A DNA stretch of 30,505 nucleotides from a virus (lineage: Duplodnaviria; Caudoviricetes), in the IMG/VR virus record IMGVR_UViG_3300043932_000276, positions 1-30,505 of that record. One strand, written 5' to 3'. Within the stretch, counting starts at the first letter, position 1. Every line of letters begins with the position of its first letter. Below the pieces are notes generated by a model. That model saw only the letters and a list, made by a program, of their open reading frames with translations. It did not search any database and was not told where the DNA came from. This document shows, in pieces, positions 17,593-24,570 of this stretch. Made by a program: the position numbers and the translations under genes.

Positions 17593-17986
17593 ATGCATAC
17601 CTCGCTCGTTCGGTGGCTTCATTTTTGTGCATCATGCGGCAGTAATGCCACGGCATGACACATTGAGCTCATGATATGACTCTGCAAGCTGTTATGCATC
17701 CGAAGAGCTGGCTCAGCGATTAAGCACCAGAGCCTGATGTATTCAGATGGGAATAAATCAACAAACACCTTTCGCCGATTCCCTCGAGGCGAGCACGTGG
17801 AGATACGTAGCTCACGCAGTGGCCCGGTCGAATCTGAGTGGTGCCACCAGTTAGAGCCTTTGCTCAAGAGGTGACAAAAAAGCGGCTGCAAGCAGCATGC
17901 CGCTCGCGGTGAACGCCCAACGCGGCTAGATAACGGCGGGTATCCAAGAATGACGGCCATCAATACGAGGAGATAGGAGTCAGCCC

Positions 17987-18298
17987 ATGGCAGACGAGAA
18001 GACCATGGTGATGGAGAGCGGCACCGAGAATCGAAAACTCTTTTGGGGCGTCATGCCCGAGGGCAAGGCCTACGTGCGCGAGACGAGCAAGGGCGACCTC
18101 ACCGAGATAATGTTCGACGCCGCCGAGCGCGAGACGACCGTCACGTTTGAGCCGACCGATGACTACTCGCTTGCCGACGTCGCCGACACCGTGGAGGGCC
18201 ACGCCGACGACTGCTTCATAACCGACTTCGAGGATGCTCTCACGCTCTGGGGCATCCCGTATACACGAGACGAGAAGGTCATACCGCTTGACGCATAG
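17987..18298 (+). CDS. Small acidic hypothetical protein (103 aa)
   Basis: AGGAG RBS, GC-rich codon usage, 25 D/E versus 9 K/R. Confidence 0.78.
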   Translation: MADEKTMVMESGTENRKLFWGVMPEGKAYVRETSKGDLTEIMFDAAERETTVTFEPTDDYSLADVADTVEGHADDCFITDFEDALTLWGIPYTRDEKVIPLDA

Positions 18299-18419
18299 AG
18301 GCCAGCCGACAAGGACGACGATGGCGACGCGCCGCGCGGAAACGCACGGCGCGCTTTCGTATGAGGAGAAGAACACCCAAGCCCGAAGCCATACGGCAAA
18401 GTGAGGAGAAGAACCCTTT

Positions 18420-18964
18420 CACGTCCCACCGCCCGCCGCACGCTCGCCGGAGGGTCCGGCACCGCCGCGTGCTCGTCATCGCGAGTTGCCCGCGCCCAGC
18501 GCGGGCCGGGCCGTGCGGGGCGCGGGCCTCCGCGCGCCCATGGGAGTCTTCCTAACCTGGGGGGAGCGGCCTGGGCGCGGGGCTTCGCGTGCGGGCCTCC
18601 AGCAGCCGCCTGCGCTTGCCGGGCTTGCGCCGCCCGTGCCAGCCGCCGCCCCTGGCCGGTCTTCGGCACGGCCCGTGGCAGCCGGCAAGCCGTCTGCCAC
18701 GGGCTTCGGCCTCAGCCGAGGCCAGGGTCGCCGTCTGTCACGGGTCCCCGTCGCAAGCTCGGCAAGCTACGGCGTCTGCTTCCGGCACCGCGCTCAGCCC
18801 CACGCTCAGGCCGCATAACCTGCGAGTCACGGAGGGGGCGCGCTTCGGCCCGCGTCGCGCCCGTCCACACGGCCCGCGCTGGGCGCTCCATCATCGTCCT
18901 CGTCCGCACGCGGCGGTGCCGGACCCATGCGGGGCCGTCTCGGTGCGGCGGGCGGTGGGACGTG
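18420..18964. repeat. 545-nt nested imperfect palindrome (candidate structured RNA/ssDNA element)
   Basis: Concentric complementary blocks, for example 18420-18441/18943-18964, 18452-18472/18906-18926 and 18492-18508/18870-18886. Confidence 0.8.
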
Positions 18965-19114
18965 CCGTTGCCGCAAGTGGCACGTACCTGACGGCGCACC
19001 ATGTTCGCGACGATCCATCAGCGACGGCATCCCCGGCACGGGTGCCCCAGACGAACCTGGAAGCCTAAGACCGCGCCGCGCCACCTACAAGCGCTACCGA
19101 TGGCGCGGGTAACG

Positions 19115-20503
19115 TCACCGAACCCGCGAGCCAGCCTCCGCGCCAGTGCCGCCTGCAGCGTCCCCGTACCAGCACGAACGGTACTCCTCGCGCGTCATGA
19201 GTCCGGCGGCCACCTCCGCCATGTCCTGCTGCTTCTCGGAAGCCGTATCCTGGACGATGGAGTCGTCGTATATGACGCCCACGTCTCCCTCGTTGGGAAG
19301 GCCTACACCCATGTAGCGCGAACATGCCATCACTGCCCTGGAGACGTCCACGAGCGCCCCCTGTAAGGCGTTCTCGTTCTTCCTGATGTTGCGCATGAGC
19401 GCCGAGTTATCCGACGACACCTCCGTGGCCGTCTTCACGTACCCGACATTGTCCGTGTCGAAGTAGTTGACCCCCAGGCCCACGAGATCCCCGAGTACCT
19501 GCAGGGCCAGCCTGAACGCCTTCCCCTGCGCCTCGGTGCGGAGAGCCGGTGCGAATTCCGTGATCGTGTCTTCGGTGCTCATGACCTTCCTGAACACGGT
19601 GCAGTCGCCCTTGCCAAAGGGGATGGGGATCCTCTTGCCGTCCGCTGTCTTCTCTTGGTCGAACATGACGTCGGAGAGGAACACCCTCATCTTGCCAGCG
19701 TCTATCTCGTTGATCAGTGCGTCGTAGGCGAGATCAACGCTCTGCACCGCATCCACGGCATCGGCGAACACGCTCTGCCCATAGGGGGAGAAGTCCACCC
19801 GCGTGTTGGGCACGGCTGGTCTGACGATGCCGAAGGTTGGGAAAGACGAGCCCGTGTCCACCTCGTCGGCCACTCCCGGCACCGAGACGATTCGCCCGTC
19901 CTTGTCGAAGCACGCCGTGCGAATCCGATAAGCCCCGCCATCGCCAACGACGTGCATCTGCAGCTGGTTGATGCTTTCGCCGTTGAGAAACGCCCGCGTG
20001 ACAAAGGCACACTCCCTCACGCCCTCGGAATCCCAGCTGAGAGGAACGACCATGCGCGCGTCGTAATGCCGAACCTTGACGATCTTCCTGCCAATGTCCA
20101 TCCAAACCGCGAGCGCCCCCGTGCCCAGCCCGAACGCCCGCACCACGGTCTCCTGTGCCCTTCCCCAAAAGTTGGAGGAGGAGAAGAACGACTCGAGCCA
20201 GTCTGTGCACGTCTGGTTCTCGCAGGCAATCGTCGTCTTCTCGTCCAGGAGCAGGCTGCCCCACTCCCGGCACACCCGCATCGCCGGCATGATGGTCCGC
20301 CTATGCACCTGGTACACCCTTCCGAACCCGTCGGTGTCCCTGTAGTCGTAGAACTCCCCGACGGCCCGCATCCACGAGTCCCACTCGCGCACGTGGGGCT
20401 CCATGTCCTCCAGCGCCTGCGTCGAGTACCCGGCCGCCCTCAGATACGACCTCACGCACTCCGGCACCCAGTACTCCTCGCCGCCGATCCCGTCTCCCGC
20501 CAT
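19115..20503 (-). CDS. Portal protein (SPP1 gp6/A118-like)
   Basis: 462 aa, follows TerL; N.....SPYG.S.F..A......D..YD...E...GK, TATEV.S.NS and V..DDSI..D motifs. Confidence 0.92.
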   Translation of the reverse strand: MAGDGIGGEEYWVPECVRSYLRAAGYSTQALEDMEPHVREWDSWMRAVGEFYDYRDTDGFGRVYQVHRRTIMPAMRVCREWGSLLLDEKTTIACENQTCTDWLESFFSSSNFWGRAQETVVRAFGLGTGALAVWMDIGRKIVKVRHYDARMVVPLSWDSEGVRECAFVTRAFLNGESINQLQMHVVGDGGAYRIRTACFDKDGRIVSVPGVADEVDTGSSFPTFGIVRPAVPNTRVDFSPYGQSVFADAVDAVQSVDLAYDALINEIDAGKMRVFLSDVMFDQEKTADGKRIPIPFGKGDCTVFRKVMSTEDTITEFAPALRTEAQGKAFRLALQVLGDLVGLGVNYFDTDNVGYVKTATEVSSDNSALMRNIRKNENALQGALVDVSRAVMACSRYMGVGLPNEGDVGVIYDDSIVQDTASEKQQDMAEVAAGLMTREEYRSCWYGDAAGGTGAEAGSRVR

Positions 20504-20535
20504 CTGTCCTCCGCTCTCTAGAGTTGGTCGAGAAG

Positions 20536-20554
20536 ATCATCCGTCCCGGTCACA
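20536..20554 (-). promoter_or_regulatory. Putative late promoter for the portal gene
   Basis: TGTGAC-CGGGACG-GATGAT. Confidence 0.65.
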
Positions 20555-20855
20555 GGCCCTCGCGGGCGTGCGGAAGGTCACGGTCGAGAAGGGCATGGCG
20601 GGGAAGCCCTGTTTGGCGATTGGGTGGGCGAGAAGGACAAGGGGTCTTTTGCCCAACCGCCATCATGTATGCGAGTCCAGCCGCGCCCGCGACCACGCTG
20701 ACGTCGAGAAGGCCACGGGTGTGTCGCCCCAACCCCTGCCATCCCTGCTCCCGTGCTCCGTCGTCGCTCTTGTGTCATTGCCTGGGGAACGTCTCTCAAC
20801 CTCGTCAGGCGGCCATGATCACGACGCGTAGAAGGTCTCGTCCTTTGATCTCATT

Positions 20856-20945
20856 GTCGAGAAGCCCTATGGGGGAGAAGGACAAGGTCAAGACGTCGAG
20901 AAGCCCCTTGGGGGAGAAGAGCAAGGCTAAGATGTCGAGAAACCC
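20856..20945. repeat. 39-bp tandem repeat (2.3 copies) abutting the terL stop
   Basis: GTCGAGAAGCCCTATGGGGGAGAAGGACAAGGTCAAGAC / GTCGAGAAGCCCCTTGGGGGAGAAGAGCAAGGCTAAGAT / GTCGAGAAACCC. Confidence 0.85.
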
Positions 20946-22232
20946 CTACGTCCCGCGCAGCACGTCGTCCATCACGGCATACCGCACGGCGTCGATGCTG
21001 TGGTCGTTCCCGTCCGGGATCTCGTCCACCCAGGTGCCGTCGCGGTCCCGCTCGAACTCCTTCAGGCGGAACTCCTCGTACGCCAGCGGGCACCGCACGG
21101 GGTCGATTACGATCTCCCTCAGCCCCGCCAGCCACTCGTAGCTCAGTCGCCTCATGTTGCTCTTCCGGGCGGGACGCACCCTCAGCCCCAGCTCGCGCCG
21201 CCACACCGCCATCGACTGCTTGCCGTCCGGCGTGTCGTCCGCCCATATCAGCTCGTCGTGCTGGTAGGCATCGCCGCCGGGCTCGTCCGCGTACGTCAGC
21301 GCCTCGGCCGCCATGGCCCCGGTCTCGGCCGGCGTCTTCCTGTTGGCCGAGAGCTCCTGGAACAGGAACAGCCGCCGCTCCCCGGGCACCCACCCGCACC
21401 GCACGAAGCGCCACGGGCCCGGGAACCACCCCCAGTCCACGCCGTTTCGCGTGCGAGAAAAGCCTCTGCACTGCGCGTCGGTGAGCCGTCTGCCCACCAC
21501 GTTGCCGAACACGGAGCCGCCGGTCCCCGTCACCTCGCCCAGGTACTCGCTGCGCCACGCGCGCTCGTCCACGTCCCTCAGGTACTCGGCCTCCTCCACG
21601 AAGGGCGCGCCCAGCCACTCCGGGTGCGTCCCCACCACGTCCAGGTAGCTCGAGCGCCGCACGAGCGTGTCCGAGCGCCGCTCGCGCTCCAGCTCCTCGC
21701 GGTTCACCCAGCTCCACAGCGTCCGCGGCGGGTTATACGTGTAGAAGATCCAGAAGTCGTCCCCGCCGCGCCTGAGCGAGTTCAGTATCGAGCGGACCGC
21801 GTCGATCCCGTCGAACTGGTCAAGCTCCTCGAACCACACCACGGCGGCGTAGCCGCGCCCGAACTTCGTGCCCTTCAGCTTCAGCGGGTCATCCGCCCCG
21901 CGGAACACGATCCGCTGCCCGGTCGGCAGGTACGTCAGCTCCATCGGAGACACCCGCGCCCTGAACCACCGTTCCAGCCCCAACTCCGCTATCGCCCACT
22001 GCACCTGCTCGAACACGGAGTCGCGCAGCGTGTTGCTGAACCGCCGCACCACCACCGCGTTCGCCTCCGGCTTTGCGAGGACGAGAAGGACTATGGCCAC
22101 GGACACGAAGCTCGACTTCGTGCTCCCGCGCCCACCGTGCAGCCAGTAGTGCGTGTGCCCGTGCGCCATCACGTCGCCCAGCACGTCGTGGAACGCCGGG
22201 ATCACCAGCTCGCTCGCGTCCACCGCCGTCAC
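20946..22232 (-). CDS. terL: Terminase large subunit, PBSX/SPP1 family (428 aa)
   Basis: GGRGSTKS (Walker A), VWFEE (Walker B), YNPP, GVDWG and NDHSIDAVRY; GTGA overlap with terS. Confidence 0.95.
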   Translation of the reverse strand: MTAVDASELVIPAFHDVLGDVMAHGHTHYWLHGGRGSTKSSFVSVAIVLLVLAKPEANAVVVRRFSNTLRDSVFEQVQWAIAELGLERWFRARVSPMELTYLPTGQRIVFRGADDPLKLKGTKFGRGYAAVVWFEELDQFDGIDAVRSILNSLRRGGDDFWIFYTYNPPRTLWSWVNREELERERRSDTLVRRSSYLDVVGTHPEWLGAPFVEEAEYLRDVDERAWRSEYLGEVTGTGGSVFGNVVGRRLTDAQCRGFSRTRNGVDWGWFPGPWRFVRCGWVPGERRLFLFQELSANRKTPAETGAMAAEALTYADEPGGDAYQHDELIWADDTPDGKQSMAVWRRELGLRVRPARKSNMRRLSYEWLAGLREIVIDPVRCPLAYEEFRLKEFERDRDGTWVDEIPDGNDHSIDAVRYAVMDDVLRGT

Positions 22233-22747
22233 TCGTCCCCCTCCTCTTCCGAGCTCAGGGGCTGATGAGAAGGCCGAGCGGGGCGAGAAGGGCCGCCCCC
22301 TCCGCCTGGGCCTCCGTCGGCGCCATCGTTGCCGTCGCCCATGGCGGAGGAGAGGTCCAGCCGCTCCTGCACCGGCTGGGCGACGACGCCGAGCACGATG
22401 CGCGGGGCGTCGCCGCCCTCGTCCTCGTCGCGCCGGCGGTCCGCCTTGCCGTACTCGTCGGGGTACTTGCGCTCGAGCAGCCACGCCGCGGCGGTCCAGT
22501 ACTGGTTGCGCGCGAGCGCCGCCGCCCGGATCGTCGTCAGGAGCGTGTGCTTGAACTCGGCCTCCTCCTTTTTTAGTCCCTCGCTTAACTCGCGTTGCAG
22601 CCGGTTCTTCGGCTCGCCCACCCAGCGGTAGAACGTGGACTCGTGGATGCCCAGCGCACAGATGATGTCGCCGTTGGAAAGTCCGTCGGCCTTCAGCCTG
22701 ATGGCCTGATCGACCATCTCCTGTGTGAGCTTCGCCCTCCTCGCCAT
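22229..22747 (-). CDS. terS: Terminase small subunit
   Basis: N-terminal HTH (GIHESTFYRW) and W.AAAWLLERKYP.EYG; coupled to terL. Confidence 0.87.
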   Translation of the reverse strand: MARRAKLTQEMVDQAIRLKADGLSNGDIICALGIHESTFYRWVGEPKNRLQRELSEGLKKEEAEFKHTLLTTIRAAALARNQYWTAAAWLLERKYPDEYGKADRRRDEDEGGDAPRIVLGVVAQPVQERLDLSSAMGDGNDGADGGPGGGGGPSRPARPSHQPLSSEEEGDE

Positions 22748-22788
22748 GCCAGGCCACCTCCTCCAAATCTCGGGGTCTCGCAGCCTGA

Positions 22789-22807
22789 ATCATCGGATGC
22801 CGTCACA
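22789..22807 (-). promoter_or_regulatory. Putative late promoter for the terminase genes
   Basis: TGTGAC-GGCATCC-GATGAT. Confidence 0.65.
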
Positions 22808-22877
22808 GGCTGGGGCGCGGTTGGAAAGCCTTGTCTGCGAACATCGATATGTACGCAAAAAAGAGTTCATAAAAATA

Positions 22878-22906
22878 TGGACATAAATATACAGACGTTA
22901 TAGTAT
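22878..22906 (+). promoter_or_regulatory. Sigma70-type promoter of the moron
   Basis: TGGACA-17 nt-TAGTAT in an AT-rich patch. Confidence 0.6.
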
Positions 22907-22948
22907 GAGCATGAAGATGCGAGCGATGGAGGTTGGGAGGCTGATGCC

Positions 22949-23605
22949 GTGAAGGAAGAGTACACGGTCAAGGAGATTGCGGACCTGCTTGGGGTAAGCC
23001 AGGTCAGCATCCGCAGAAAGATACAGAGTGGCGAGATCAAGCCCCAGCCCACGCCAAGGGGGAAGGATCCCAACAAGGCAACGAAAAAAGTCGGTGCTTC
23101 GGACCTTTTGGACTATCTCAAGAAGCATCCGTCGCAGATAGCCGCGATTACAAGTGGCACGGTGATGGTCGCCGCGGGAGGCGCCCTCTCTGGCGTCGCG
23201 TTGGAGGTCATGCTTTCAAGCCTAATCGGAGTGATTGCAGCGCTGCCGTCGCGTGCGAAGGTCGACGCGGACGATTTGAGGGTCTCCTCTCAAGAGCTTC
23301 GACGAATTGTCGAACGCAAGAGGGAGGAGCAGCGTGAGCAGCTCGATGCTCTTCAGAGCGAGATTGATGATCTCGAGAAAAGGCTTGACGAGGTCGACAC
23401 GACCATCCTTCGCTGCAATTGGGTCATAGATCAGCTCGATTCGGTGGCTGGCGAAGGGGTCCTCGTGGGACCTGAGGGGGGCGAGTGCGCGTCGGATGCC
23501 GATGCGGCGAGTGCGATTGCAAAGATTGCGAAGGCGCTGACGACGGCGACGGATCCGAAGCCAGACGAGCAGGTGCAGAAGCCTGAGAAGGAAGAGGGGG
23601 TCTAA
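22949..23605 (+). CDS. Moron protein: N-terminal HTH, hydrophobic Gly/Ala segment, coiled coil
   Basis: YTVKEIADLLGVSQVSIRRKIQSGEI (HTH_17-like), GGAGG RBS, opposite strand to the late genes. Confidence 0.8.
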   Translation: MKEEYTVKEIADLLGVSQVSIRRKIQSGEIKPQPTPRGKDPNKATKKVGASDLLDYLKKHPSQIAAITSGTVMVAAGGALSGVALEVMLSSLIGVIAALPSRAKVDADDLRVSSQELRRIVERKREEQREQLDALQSEIDDLEKRLDEVDTTILRCNWVIDQLDSVAGEGVLVGPEGGECASDADAASAIAKIAKALTTATDPKPDEQVQKPEKEEGV

Positions 23606-23607
23606 GA

Positions 23608-23826
23608 ATGATGGAGAACGAGAGCTGCATGCTTCCTGTCCAGAATGCCGCGGAATACTCCAATCCATTAGGGCGGGCGTTCTATAGTCTTGGCGAAGAT
23701 AACAGGGCGAACGTCATGATTGTGGCTATCCTCGGCATCACCGTGGTGCTTGGGTTAGCGGTCCACGGGCGCGTGCCCCTACGGGCGAGCCTTGGTAACG
23801 CTGAGGTGGCAATCAACTGTACCTAG
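23608..23826 (+). CDS. Small single-TM protein (72 aa)
   Basis: Starts 2 bp after the upstream stop; VMIVAILGITVVLGLAV is a TM helix. Confidence 0.6.
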   Translation: MMENESCMLPVQNAAEYSNPLGRAFYSLGEDNRANVMIVAILGITVVLGLAVHGRVPLRASLGNAEVAINCT

Positions 23827-23913
23827 GGGTTCCACGGTTGGAGGGCGGAGTCGGGGGGGATCGTTAGCCGACGGCCTTTTGAATTGGCCGCAAGTGAGGC
23901 GCGTAAGAGCGTC

Positions 23914-24333
23914 TCACTTGCGCCTGCTTCTGCTCGGCAGCCCGTACCTCCTGCACGTGCGGCTGTTGCGCTGCCGCTGCGCATCCCGCTCGCGCCTGGC
24001 CTCGGCGATCCTCCCCGGGTCCTCCGCCTCGGCCCGCTCGCGCTCCAGGACCTCGGCGAAGGCCCTCTCCTGCTCCAGGTGGTAGCGCTCCGTGCACAGG
24101 CGGCACAGCCCCGTCTGGCGGTTGATTACCACGCCCACGGCCCCGCACTCCGGACACACGGTCTGCACCGCGAGCGAGCAGTGGATCCTGCTCGCCCTGA
24201 GCTCCACGGCGTGGAGCGTGTGGGCGGTGCCGCAGCGCCGCTCGATCTCGTCGCGGGCGTAGGCCGCGCCCCTGAAGCTGCACTCGCGCAGCACGTCGTC
24301 CTGCTCCTCGCTCCACCTCACGGTGCGCGCCAC
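23914..24333 (-). CDS. Zn-ribbon protein (139 aa), candidate late-gene regulator
   Basis: GTG start after GGAAGG. Myb-like WSEEQDDVLRE start, CPEC...CRLC and a basic C-terminus; lies between the replicase and terS. Confidence 0.65.
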   Translation of the reverse strand: MARTVRWSEEQDDVLRECSFRGAAYARDEIERRCGTAHTLHAVELRASRIHCSLAVQTVCPECGAVGVVINRQTGLCRLCTERYHLEQERAFAEVLERERAEAEDPGRIAEARRERDAQRQRNSRTCRRYGLPSRSRRK

Positions 24334-24343
24334 CTGCCTTCCC

Positions 24344-24570
24344 GAAGACGCCCCGCACGCGGTCCCACCTGCGCGCACGCCCGGCGTCTTCACGTCTTCA
24401 CCGGGTCTGGGGCGAGCCGCCCTCGCGCCCGCGCCCGCGCGCCCGCGCGCACGAATCCTCACTAGCAATAAATCAGCGAAGACGGTGAAGACGGGGCAGG
24501 GATTGCGCCCTCGACCGGCGTCGCTCCCGTCTCCACCGCCGTCTTCACCGAGGGGTCTCCGCCGAAGACG
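24344..24570. other. Putative replication origin (GAAGACG iteron cluster around an AT-rich core)
   Basis: About 8 copies of GAAGACG/CGTCTTC in both orientations flank AATCCTCACTAGCAATAAATCA at the replicase 3' end. Confidence 0.6.

Noticed and set aside
17619-17963. 114-aa ORF as an R-M controller protein
   Set aside because: It has no HTH signature or clear RBS, and is probably the intergenic promoter region.
18163-19112. Overlapping ORFs across the palindrome
   Set aside because: They are low-complexity translations, and their mutual similarity is explained by the inverted repeats.
20856-20945. CRISPR mini-array
   Set aside because: The whole 39-bp units are similar, so there are no unique spacers, and no cas genes are present.
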